Positions 9,794 to 18,991 of a stretch of DNA of 64,000 bases are shown here, piece after piece; within the stretch, counting starts at the first letter, position 1; the number at the start of each line of letters is the position of its first letter. The notes below the pieces were generated by a model that searched no databases, was not told where the DNA came from, and saw only the letters and a program-made list of their open reading frames with translations. The stretch lies in contig CAYUVA010000010.1 in assembly GCA_964448115.1 (NCBI GenBank), positions 1 to 64,000 on the forward strand. Direction: 5' to 3'. The position numbers and the translations under genes were made by a program. The stretch comes from an uncultured bacterium (lineage in GTDB: Bacteria > CAYUVA01).

Positions 9794-12082
9794 TCAAGGA
9801 CTGTATGGCTTTAGCTGAGCGCCGTTGTAGAAGTAATAGCTGCGCCCTGGATACTTTGCCGCCACCCTCCGGTTCAACTCGGCGCCACGATCCTGCACAT
9901 AGACTACATCCGTGTCCAGATCCGGGCTGTTTAGGTGAAACACGGACCCGTAAACCGACCAGAACATGCCCTCCTTGATGAAGACCACAGCATTCTTTAT
10001 GCCCTGAGCCTTGACTTGCTCAATGATTGCTGGATTGGTGAAGTTGTAGCCCTTGTACTCGGTGCGCGCCTTGTAGGGAAGATAATCAGCCAGGTTGAAA
10101 GCTATGATGAAATAAACCATCGGCGCAAATGCGACAATGAACGATAGACTTCTCCCTCGCTCAGCATCGCCGCTGAAAAGCCGATTCTTCACCCTCAAGG
10201 CGACATCAGCCAGTCTCTGCGCGCCTATGATGCTAAGTAGAGTAAAGGCAGGCATAGCCTCGTACCAGAAGCGCGGTCCATAGCAGATCCCGTGATACCA
10301 CCAGAAATAATAACCCAAGACAAGGCAGATATAGCTCGCCAGGTGATACCAGTCCCACCTGTTCCTGGTGAACAATACAAACGGAATCAAGAGGTAGCTT
10401 AGGGTCAAGTATGGCTTCCAGCCAAAGAGGTGATGCAGAAGCACCATGAAGTTAAGCTCCACATTGCGCATCCCCTGGCGCACCGAGTGGCTGCCGAACC
10501 ACCCGACATCCCCGAAGCCGAGCCTGTCAACATCGGAGTAAACATGATAACCGAACTTGAGGGGACTGCCCGTGCAGACCGTATTGAAGGTCAACAAAAA
10601 CAATATCGGCGGAATGGCTCCGAGTACAATTAAAAAATAAGGCTTCAACCTTGCTCTATTCCCTTTTAATAGGTCGATTAGTGCATAGAATGCAGCCGGG
10701 GTAGCCATTGCTAGGGCAGTCCACGGTCTTATTATCGCTGCCATGCCGATGGCAAGACCGGCTAGAATGCCGTTCACATTCTTGCCATCCTGGTAAGTTC
10801 GCACAAACAAGTAGATGAATAAAGCCACGAACAGCAGGCACGAGGTATGCGCCATATAGGATCCGCTCATGAACAGGAAAAATGGCGAGCTGGTGGTCAA
10901 TAATCCAGCCAGAAATCCCACCTTGAACGAGTACATCCTGATGCCGATAAGAAAGATGAGTACCACGCTCAGAGCGCCAAACAGCGCTCCCATGGACCAA
11001 GGCTTGCCCAGCCAGACGCCAGGAACCATCACAAGTGAGTGCCCCGGCAGGTACTTGGTGTACCACTTGCCGTTCTTGTTCACTATCATCTCGAAGTCGA
11101 AGGACGCCTTTGGCTCAGGAGAAGGCTGATAGAACCTTCCCTTGGCAAAGACCTTGGCTTGGAACAGGGTCGATATGCTGTCCTGGACATGAGGTATCCG
11201 GTCTAAAACCGCTGATGCGATGTGCAGGTTGATTATGAAGGATGAGATAAAAAGCAAAATAGCCATAGAGGAGACAAGTATCTTGCGCAGTCTTGGCTGC
11301 TTAGCTTTTTCAAGCGCTTTCTCGTAGAGATGAACCGGCTTAACCAGAAGCGGATAGAGATGGTGATACATAAGATACAATGCCAGATAGGCTGCTACAA
11401 CACAAACAATGATAACCAGCGCAAGCCAGTAGGTTGGAATGAGCCGCACCACTATCATGCGCACATTGTACAAAAACGGCGTGCTCCACAGGTTGCTTGA
11501 AAGAGGCGCTCCCTCTTGACCGTTCTCGATGTAGTTCCAGAAGACATCCTCGTGCTTGGGACGGACATGGAACAGGATCCCTCGCTTGGCATCCTTAGCC
11601 CTTACCAGCACGCCTGCATCGAGGCCACGCGACAGCCTCGCCTCTACGACATAATCATCCCAATGGTCATAACCGCCGACGATGAACGCCTTTCCATCGA
11701 CCATGCGCCCACAGAGCAGCGGGTATATCTCGTTGATTGCATTGCGCTTCCACGGCACAGGGTAATGGTCATCCAGTTTGCTTTTCTCCAAGCCGAAGCC
11801 ATCGGAGAAGAGAATCTCGCCGGTATAAAAGTCCTTGACCACGATCCAGTCCCACGCCTGGGGGAAGATCTCGCCATGCACATGTAAGCCGACCTTGCCC
11901 TTCTCGAAGCCTTGTCGGTTGATGGTCAGCGTTGAAAGGAGCTTGCCGTTGACATAGCCCTTTGCCATGTTGCCCACTACCTCGACCTTGACCATGGTTG
12001 GAACCTTGAATGCCCAGTAGAAGGCGATAAGGATGAGAATATTGATGATTACGAAAATGACCAGGTAATCTATTTTTTTCAT
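9794..12082 (-). CDS. GT-C (ArnT/PMT-like, GT39-type) membrane glycosyltransferase with an N-terminal beta-sandwich domain
   Basis: PHVQDS acidic loop, KYLPG, ~12 TM segments, SYMAH, IRP, YGPRFWYE. Confidence 0.78.
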   Translation of the reverse strand: MKKIDYLVIFVIINILILIAFYWAFKVPTMVKVEVVGNMAKGYVNGKLLSTLTINRQGFEKGKVGLHVHGEIFPQAWDWIVVKDFYTGEILFSDGFGLEKSKLDDHYPVPWKRNAINEIYPLLCGRMVDGKAFIVGGYDHWDDYVVEARLSRGLDAGVLVRAKDAKRGILFHVRPKHEDVFWNYIENGQEGAPLSSNLWSTPFLYNVRMIVVRLIPTYWLALVIIVCVVAAYLALYLMYHHLYPLLVKPVHLYEKALEKAKQPRLRKILVSSMAILLFISSFIINLHIASAVLDRIPHVQDSISTLFQAKVFAKGRFYQPSPEPKASFDFEMIVNKNGKWYTKYLPGHSLVMVPGVWLGKPWSMGALFGALSVVLIFLIGIRMYSFKVGFLAGLLTTSSPFFLFMSGSYMAHTSCLLFVALFIYLFVRTYQDGKNVNGILAGLAIGMAAIIRPWTALAMATPAAFYALIDLLKGNRARLKPYFLIVLGAIPPILFLLTFNTVCTGSPLKFGYHVYSDVDRLGFGDVGWFGSHSVRQGMRNVELNFMVLLHHLFGWKPYLTLSYLLIPFVLFTRNRWDWYHLASYICLVLGYYFWWYHGICYGPRFWYEAMPAFTLLSIIGAQRLADVALRVKNRLFSGDAERGRSLSFIVAFAPMVYFIIAFNLADYLPYKARTEYKGYNFTNPAIIEQVKAQGIKNAVVFIKEGMFWSVYGSVFHLNSPDLDTDVVYVQDRGAELNRRVAAKYPGRSYYFYNGAQLKPYSP

Positions 12083-12092
12083 GGCTTATGCA

Positions 12093-13478
12093 CTACTTTC
12101 CTATGCAAAAGCGGGAGAAGATCTCATCGAGGATTTCCTCGCTGGTAACCTCGCCGGTCAGTATGCCAAGCTGATTCAGCGCCTGGCGTAGATCAAATGC
12201 GATGTATTCCAACGAAAGCTCATTATCGATCGCTTCTAGTGCCCGCCCAATCTCGTTTGCTCCTTGTGAGATCGCCCTTCTTTGGCGCAGATCATAGATC
12301 AGCTCCTCCTTGCAGTCAACGGAGAAGTGCTGCTGGGCTTTATTGATAAGCTCTCTCTCTAGCTCATCAATGCCGGTCTCGAACTTTGCCGAGATGTGCA
12401 ATGCATCGGTCAACCCAAGCCTTTTCAAGGTATCATCATCCCACTTGAACGCTAAGTCAGCCTTGTTGAAGAGCACCAGCCTTTTATCGGCACCAGGATT
12501 TGAGGCATCGAGTAGTCCTAGTTGCTCATCGTTGGGTTGCAGCGAGCCATCAAGCAGTACTATGAGCATATCAGCCTCGCTGACAAGCAATGTGGCGCGT
12601 CGCTGCCCCTCCAACTCGATCTCATCACCGGCTCGCCGAAACCCGGCAGTGTCGATCAGGGTGAAAGTATATTCGCCGATGGCTATCTCCTCGCTGATAT
12701 AGTCCCTGGTGGTGCCGGGAATGTCGCTTACGATGGAGCGATCCTTCTTGACCAGGAGGTTGAACAGGCGCGACTTGCCAACATTGGGAATACCCAGGAT
12801 GGGCGTCTTTATACCCTCGAATAATGGCGCCAGGTTCCTCGATGACGATAAAAGCAGCTGCAAACCGTGAAGTAATCCCGTGATCTCACCGCGCAGTTTA
12901 TCCCTGCTTATTACCTCGATATCGTCTTCGGGGAAGTTAAGCGCCGCCTCGATTTCGACCAGAAGCGAGCGCAGTCTTTGGGTATATTCTTTGAGCTTTC
13001 CGCCGGCGGGTGATGCAAGTGCTTTAGCTGCGACCTTAATCCCGGCATCGGAACGGGCTGCGATAAGGTCAGCCACCGCGCTTGCCTGCGAAAGCTCCAT
13101 TCTGCCGTTTAAAAATGCGCGCCTGGTGAACTCGCCAGGTTCAGCCGGCTCTGCACCGAGTGCAAACATGCAATCCAGTATTCTGCGCATCAGCAGCGGA
13201 TTGCCGTGGCAGTAAAGCTCTGCCATATCCTCACCGGTATAGCTTCTTGGCGCTCTGAACATGGCGATGTATGCACGATCTAGCAGACTGTTCGATCCTG
13301 GATCGATGATACTAGCGCCATAGATTCGGCGGTGCTCCAGATTATCGAGAGCGGGCAGTGATGGAGCCAGCCTTCTTATGATATGGAGTGCCTCTGTTCC
13401 GCTGAGCCTGATGATTCCGATGGCGCCTATGCCGACCGGGCTGCTGATGGCTGCTATTGTCTTTGCTTGGTATCGCAT
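12093..13478 (-). CDS. mnmE: tRNA modification GTPase MnmE
   Basis: TIAAIS, PRSYTGED, GEFTRRAFLNG, GIPNVGKS, PGTTRD, DTAG, NKAD, C-terminal FSRFCIGK. Confidence 0.97.
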   Translation of the reverse strand: MRYQAKTIAAISSPVGIGAIGIIRLSGTEALHIIRRLAPSLPALDNLEHRRIYGASIIDPGSNSLLDRAYIAMFRAPRSYTGEDMAELYCHGNPLLMRRILDCMFALGAEPAEPGEFTRRAFLNGRMELSQASAVADLIAARSDAGIKVAAKALASPAGGKLKEYTQRLRSLLVEIEAALNFPEDDIEVISRDKLRGEITGLLHGLQLLLSSSRNLAPLFEGIKTPILGIPNVGKSRLFNLLVKKDRSIVSDIPGTTRDYISEEIAIGEYTFTLIDTAGFRRAGDEIELEGQRRATLLVSEADMLIVLLDGSLQPNDEQLGLLDASNPGADKRLVLFNKADLAFKWDDDTLKRLGLTDALHISAKFETGIDELERELINKAQQHFSVDCKEELIYDLRQRRAISQGANEIGRALEAIDNELSLEYIAFDLRQALNQLGILTGEVTSEEILDEIFSRFCIGK

Positions 13479-13503
13479 GGTAGGTTTGCTTTTACCAAAA
13501 GAG

Positions 13504-13965
13504 TCATCTTCCAGTGCGTAAGCGCCTAAAGAATGCGCTCATAAGCTCGCTGCACTCATCTTGGAGCAGGCCGGGAATAACCTCTATGTTATGATTGAAC
13601 AATCCCGGCTCGAAAAGGGAGAGCTTGGAGTTGAAAGCGCCCCACTTGGGGTCATAAGCGCCAAAGACAAGTCGCTTGATGCGGGCATGGATCATCGCTC
13701 CAGCGCACATGGGACACGGCTCAAGCGTACAGTATAGCTCGCAGCCATCAAGGCGATGGTTGCCCAACTTCTTTGAGGTAGCCTCAATAGCCAGCATCTC
13801 GGCGTGAGCGAGCGGGTTTCTCCTTGTCTCCACCAGGTTGCAGGTCGCAGCCAGCACTTCCCCTTGGAGCGTAATAAGCGCTCCAACAGGTGCTTCACAC
13901 ATCTGCGCACCCCGCTTAGCTTCATGGATAGCCAGCCGCATCCAGTATGTATCGTTTTTTTCCAT
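13504..13965 (-). CDS. tadA: tRNA-specific adenosine-34 deaminase
   Basis: PVGA, AHAE, TLEPCPMCAGAMIHARI, FNH, C-terminal FF..LR. Confidence 0.92.
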   Translation of the reverse strand: MEKNDTYWMRLAIHEAKRGAQMCEAPVGALITLQGEVLAATCNLVETRRNPLAHAEMLAIEATSKKLGNHRLDGCELYCTLEPCPMCAGAMIHARIKRLVFGAYDPKWGAFNSKLSLFEPGLFNHNIEVIPGLLQDECSELMSAFFRRLRTGR

Positions 13966-14154
13966 TAACTAAGAAGATAGCATATACGGGTATTAAGCGT
14001 CTATTGCATAAAAAATTGCGCTGTAGAGTCTGTTTAAGTCATGGGTTATTTCAAGGAGATACTAATTTAAGCCTCGATCATATCGATTGGTTGAGCAAGT
14101 AATTTAAAATGATTGATTATCTTTAGATTGATGGATAAAATAAGAAAAGGAGCA

Positions 14155-14826
14155 ATGATGGTGATAAAAGAACCATTGACATTGGAGAATTTGCTACAGG
14201 AAGCAAAGGTATTTTCAGAGTTGCAAGCTTCTATAAAAGAACGAGAACTATATGGAAAATCTGATGGTAAATCCATAGGTACATTTATCGAGCATAAATT
14301 CCATCAGCATCTGGAGCAAAAATACCAGTATGAAAAAGGCTCCTTTGCTTCTGGAATCGATTTCCCTGAGCTGGAAATAGACATAAAAGTTACTAGCATA
14401 GTCCAGCCGCAATCATCTTGTCCCTACAGAGATGCAAGACAGAAGGTATATGGCTTAGGTTATGGATTGCTGCTTTTTGTCTATCAAAAGACCGATGATC
14501 GTCAAGGCAGATATACGACTCTACAGATCGTCCATCTTATATACATTGATAAAAGTCTAACTGGTGATTATGTAACCACCAGGGGAATTCATAATATTAT
14601 TGAGCATAATGGAAATGAAGAGGATATCGCTGCTTTTCTTCAGGAACGAAACCTTCCCATAGATGACATACAAGCAAAAAAGCTTGCTGATGAGATTCTG
14701 TCCAATCCCCCGAAACAGGGATACTTGACCATTTCCAACGCTTTGCAGTGGCGACTCCAATACGGTCGTGTGATCAAAATTGCAGGGGATATAGATGGTC
14801 TCAGAAGGTTAATTAGTGGTGGTTAG
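14155..14826 (+). CDS. Type II restriction endonuclease, NspV-like (PD-(D/E)xK)
   Basis: DGKSIGTFIE..F, GIDFP, DIKVTS..QPQSSCP, RQKVYGLGY, SNALQWRLQY; adjacent to a MTase; SD AAGGAG at 14147 supports a start at about 14155-14161. Confidence 0.8.
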   Translation: MMVIKEPLTLENLLQEAKVFSELQASIKERELYGKSDGKSIGTFIEHKFHQHLEQKYQYEKGSFASGIDFPELEIDIKVTSIVQPQSSCPYRDARQKVYGLGYGLLLFVYQKTDDRQGRYTTLQIVHLIYIDKSLTGDYVTTRGIHNIIEHNGNEEDIAAFLQERNLPIDDIQAKKLADEILSNPPKQGYLTISNALQWRLQYGRVIKIAGDIDGLRRLISGG

Positions 14827-14827
14827 A

Positions 14828-16363
14828 ATGGATTACAGTAATAGAAAAAAGGAATACGGTGATTTTCAAACTCCATTATCCTTGGCTACTGAAATATGCA
14901 ATTTTCTAAAACAACAAGGACTAAAGCCTGCTAGTATAATAGAACCAACCTGCGGAAAAGGAAATTTTCTGACAGCTTCCATTAGTGCATTTGAGGATGT
15001 GTGTGAAGTTATTGGCTTGGATATTAATTCTGATTATATAGAAAATTTACGAGAAGATCTTTCTAATATAACAAATAAAAGAAATATCAAATTATTTAAT
15101 GAGGATTTCTTTTTATTCGGATGGGCTGATACCATTAAACGATTACCTAATCCCATTTTAGTTATAGGTAATCCACCATGGATTACTAATTCACATCTCA
15201 GTACATTTGGCAGTTCAAATCGACCACAAAAATATAATTTCCTCAATATTAAAGGACTTGATGCTATTACTGGCGCAAGCAATTTTGATATATCTGAAAA
15301 TATGTTAATGCAGCTTATAGAAATATTAAACGGTAGGAAAGCTGTATTGGCAATGATTGTAAAGTACTCTACATCCAGGAAACTATATTGCTTTTGTCGT
15401 AATAAGAGTTTAATGCTGTCAGATTATCGGTTCTATTATTTAGATTCAAGAAATCATTTTGGTGTCTCGGTGGATGCTGGATTATTATATATTGAGTTCT
15501 ATCCCCCCCGCAAAGAGTATTTCTATGAAGTCTATGAATCCTTCTATCAAAGTAAAATTCCTCTCAAGTCGATCGGAACAGAAGACGGCGTTTTAGTTTC
15601 TGAGATCAAAAGTTACCATAAACTCAAGCACTTAATCGCAACCGACTCATATAATTGGCGTTCTGGAATAAAACATGATTGCAGTAAAGTCATGGAGCTT
15701 TATAAAAACGATGCAGGATTCAAAAATAGCTTGGGGGAGATCGTGGAACTGGAGGATGATTTTCTATATCCGATGCTTAAAAGCTCCGATATTGATAAGG
15801 ATAAGCCGGTTTACAAGTATATGCTCGTACCACAAAAAAGGCTTGGAGAAAGCACAAGTTATATCAAAGACAAGGCACCGAAGACTTGGAATTATCTTTG
15901 CGAGCATAAAGGATTACTTGATAAAAGGGCAAGTAATATTTATAAAAAACAACCTGCTTTTTCGGTGTTTGGAGTTGGAGATTATACTTTCCTTCCATGG
16001 AAGGTTGCTGTCTCCGGCTTCTATAAATCATTAAAATTTAAGGCTGTCGGTCCCTATGAATCTAAGCCGGTGGTATTCGATGATACAGTTTATTTCCTTC
16101 CCTTAAGCTCTGGTGAGCTAGCTCAATTAATCGCTCGTGCTTTGAACACAGATGTCGCAAGGGAGTTTTTTAAGTGCTTTTTATTTGGTGATGAAAAAAG
16201 ACCTATTACCGCTAAGTTATTGAAAAGGTTAGATATATTGGCTCTAATTAGGTCCCTCGGTTGGCAGAATGAATTAAATGCAATCCTGGATAAAGAAAGC
16301 AAGGACTCTTTGAGGTTCTGGTTACATCCCAAGATAAAACATCTATCAATCCTGGATTATTGA
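14828..16363 (+). CDS. N6-adenine DNA methyltransferase (gamma order), M.NspV-like
   Basis: GDFQTP, motif I IIEPTCGKGNF, motif IV GNPPW, WRSGIKHD; starts just after the REase stop; AT-rich. Confidence 0.88.
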   Translation: MDYSNRKKEYGDFQTPLSLATEICNFLKQQGLKPASIIEPTCGKGNFLTASISAFEDVCEVIGLDINSDYIENLREDLSNITNKRNIKLFNEDFFLFGWADTIKRLPNPILVIGNPPWITNSHLSTFGSSNRPQKYNFLNIKGLDAITGASNFDISENMLMQLIEILNGRKAVLAMIVKYSTSRKLYCFCRNKSLMLSDYRFYYLDSRNHFGVSVDAGLLYIEFYPPRKEYFYEVYESFYQSKIPLKSIGTEDGVLVSEIKSYHKLKHLIATDSYNWRSGIKHDCSKVMELYKNDAGFKNSLGEIVELEDDFLYPMLKSSDIDKDKPVYKYMLVPQKRLGESTSYIKDKAPKTWNYLCEHKGLLDKRASNIYKKQPAFSVFGVGDYTFLPWKVAVSGFYKSLKFKAVGPYESKPVVFDDTVYFLPLSSGELAQLIARALNTDVAREFFKCFLFGDEKRPITAKLLKRLDILALIRSLGWQNELNAILDKESKDSLRFWLHPKIKHLSILDY

Positions 16364-16376
16364 CCTGAACAGCCTA

Positions 16377-18782
16377 TCATTGAATATATCCCAAGGCGCG
16401 CAAGCCTTCTAGCACCTCCTTGTCCGAGGGGTGGGGAGAGAGTTGAGATACAGGGACTATAGAACCGTCCTCGTAGGTGGGGATGGTATCAATTGGATGT
16501 GAATCCTTGAAGCCTTTGTCTATATACTCCAACATCACTCTGCCTGGGAAATCTTCAGGCAGCGGCATTCCAAGAAGGTACAGGATGGTCGGTGCCAAAT
16601 CGTAAATATCCGGATACTCGGAGGAACCTGTAACGCGAAAATCCGCTCCGCAACCGATTATGATCCCCTTCATATCGTGGTTTCCGCTAATATGAGGGGG
16701 AGCTACAACCTCATTCACGGGCAGATTACCTCCATTCGGGAGATGTAACATACCATCATGTGGCAGATTCGGATTTATATTGACCCGTATTGCTGGAGGA
16801 AACCTATCATCAGTATCTTTGAACCTATTGTGCTCGATACTTATTGACTCGAATAGCGGTCGTCCATCTGTTGTTCTTATTGATAATAGAAGGTCGGATA
16901 TCTCTCGAAGCCTTTGCTCGTATTGAATGTTGCTGAGTGTTTCTTTAGTATTCAGGTTAGTTCGGTTGATATTCAGTACCCTGCTATAGGCGACCTGTCC
17001 ACTGCGCGTGGAATCATAGATAATGCTATCTTCCCAGTTATCCTGCACCATCAACCCGAGAGCCTCGAAGAGCCTATTCAAGTCATGGTAGTAATTCCCC
17101 TCCAGCCAGTACTGTCTCATACCGTGATCAGATACGAGAAGAATGTCAGTATTCTCGCAGGCTACCTCGGCAGCGAAACCGCTGGCATTATCGAGGAAGG
17201 AATAAATCTTGGGGAGCGCGGAGTTGAACATTTGTGTCATCTCTGGCTCCATCTTTATCGGCAGTCCGATGGTCTCCGGCTCAAAATAACGCCATAACAG
17301 GTGTCCACACACATCGGATGAGCGCAAATAATAGGCGCTGAAATCATTTAGTCCCTCTGCCCAGTACCTTCTTGCCGCGCTATAAACGAGGATATCATCA
17401 CGCACCATAGCATTGATAGTCTCTGCGCCTTCTATTTTTACATCCAAGATTTCATCCTTGAGTTTAACTAAGGTTTCATAGTCAGGGAAGGATAGACCTT
17501 CGGGCAATGAATTCCCCTTCTCCCAGGCATCGTTTATGCTGTTGATGAGCATCGCATAATCATCTTCAAGCGTTTCGGGATAAGCGAGATGGTTCATAGA
17601 AATATTTTTTCGCTCCGAGATTAGGAATCCATTGACCTTCTCCGCGGGGTATGAAGCCCACCAGTTTATCACCCCCACGCTCCTTCCCCCCTCGGACAGG
17701 ATATTCCAAAGCGCTTTGCATCTTCTAATCAGGCTGTTAATAGGGATCTTCAGGAAAGGTTGATCTCCAGGTACTGTGAAATCGGTTATGCCGTGAACCT
17801 GGCGACTTTTACCGGTTATCATGGTTGTCCACAGCGCTGGGGAGGTCATTGATTGCTCGGACATATAGTTATTGGCAAAGCCGTGTCGTATCATTGCATC
17901 TAAATTGGGGCATTTACCCATCTTCATCATGGGAGTCAGTATGTACCAGGTCATTCCATCAAGCCCAACCAGCATCACGCGACTATGGTTCGATGTTGGT
18001 GATACCTTGAGATCTCGCTGTGGATGCGGCGGCTCGATCTCCCCCTTAACCCGAATGCGCTTTATCAACCTTAGCTCCCCGAACCAGGTTTCGCCCTCCT
18101 TGAGCATCCTCATCCCGGTGAAATATTCACCCGGCTTGCTGGGAGCATTGATCATCATCTCCAGGAAAGCCTCGCCGCCGCCGGGTTGAACAGTTTGTCC
18201 ACCAGATAATGTGCACCGCTTAAAGAAGATAAACCTATCCTTCCAGCTTCCCAGGCGCACCCCTTCAGGCTCAGACCAAGGCTCGGAGCCAGTGTTCTTG
18301 ATGCGGATTTTTACTAACTTCCTCTGCCCACATTTCAAGACCACTGGGAAATCATCTTCGATGAACTCTGCATCCAAGCCTTTGTGGCTGGTACTTGGCT
18401 CTATTTGGCTTAGTTGTTCAAGGCAATGCTTGATAAGCTCAATGCGCTCAGGATCCTCGGTAAGCTCCAAAGCCCTTTTGTAATTCTTGATAGCAAGCTT
18501 TGCAGCTTTCTTTTCATCTCCGATAAGATGACCGTAATCATGGTAGATTACAGCTATCTTGAATCTAAGGTCGCCCTCGTTGATAGTTCCAGGATTTTTT
18601 TGCAGCGCTTTCTGGTAACATTCTAGCGCCTTTAGCGGATTATTATTAAAGTAAAGCTCATCGCCGCTGATCTCCTGGTCTAAAGCAGAGGGGAATAATC
18701 CGTGGTAAGTAAATCCGATGAATAATGCTGCAATCCCAATCAGGACAGATGCGATGAATACGAGGGTTTTAGCTCTCATCAA
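16377..18782 (-). CDS. Alkaline phosphatase/NPP-superfamily hydrolase with N-terminal TM anchor, TPR and Ig-like (NBR1-like) domain
   Basis: VMLVGLDG, SPALWTTMITG..HGITDF, DVCGH, VSDHG, GNH, DLAPTILYLLG, LRALGY; TPR ALECYQKALQKNP. Confidence 0.82.
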   Translation of the reverse strand: MMRAKTLVFIASVLIGIAALFIGFTYHGLFPSALDQEISGDELYFNNNPLKALECYQKALQKNPGTINEGDLRFKIAVIYHDYGHLIGDEKKAAKLAIKNYKRALELTEDPERIELIKHCLEQLSQIEPSTSHKGLDAEFIEDDFPVVLKCGQRKLVKIRIKNTGSEPWSEPEGVRLGSWKDRFIFFKRCTLSGGQTVQPGGGEAFLEMMINAPSKPGEYFTGMRMLKEGETWFGELRLIKRIRVKGEIEPPHPQRDLKVSPTSNHSRVMLVGLDGMTWYILTPMMKMGKCPNLDAMIRHGFANNYMSEQSMTSPALWTTMITGKSRQVHGITDFTVPGDQPFLKIPINSLIRRCKALWNILSEGGRSVGVINWWASYPAEKVNGFLISERKNISMNHLAYPETLEDDYAMLINSINDAWEKGNSLPEGLSFPDYETLVKLKDEILDVKIEGAETINAMVRDDILVYSAARRYWAEGLNDFSAYYLRSSDVCGHLLWRYFEPETIGLPIKMEPEMTQMFNSALPKIYSFLDNASGFAAEVACENTDILLVSDHGMRQYWLEGNYYHDLNRLFEALGLMVQDNWEDSIIYDSTRSGQVAYSRVLNINRTNLNTKETLSNIQYEQRLREISDLLLSIRTTDGRPLFESISIEHNRFKDTDDRFPPAIRVNINPNLPHDGMLHLPNGGNLPVNEVVAPPHISGNHDMKGIIIGCGADFRVTGSSEYPDIYDLAPTILYLLGMPLPEDFPGRVMLEYIDKGFKDSHPIDTIPTYEDGSIVPVSQLSPHPSDKEVLEGLRALGYIQ

Positions 18783-18859
18783 TAAAAACTTCTTTACAAA
18801 AAGATATCATCTAAATAACAGATCATTTTACGCAATGCAACATAATTGAAAAAATGCTC

Positions 18860-18888
18860 TTGACATTTTCTGATCGACCATTTATATT
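18860..18888 (+). promoter_or_regulatory. Sigma70-type promoter of hppA
   Basis: TTGACA(18860-65), 17-bp spacer, TATATT(18883-88). Confidence 0.7.
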
Positions 18889-18991
18889 GCGCAGACTTGA
18901 GAGGTCAAAGGATGACCGAAGAAGAAGAAAGATGCGAACCAGCTTAAAGTTACAGTTCAATCAACACTAAACGGATGAGAGGTTGTATTCC

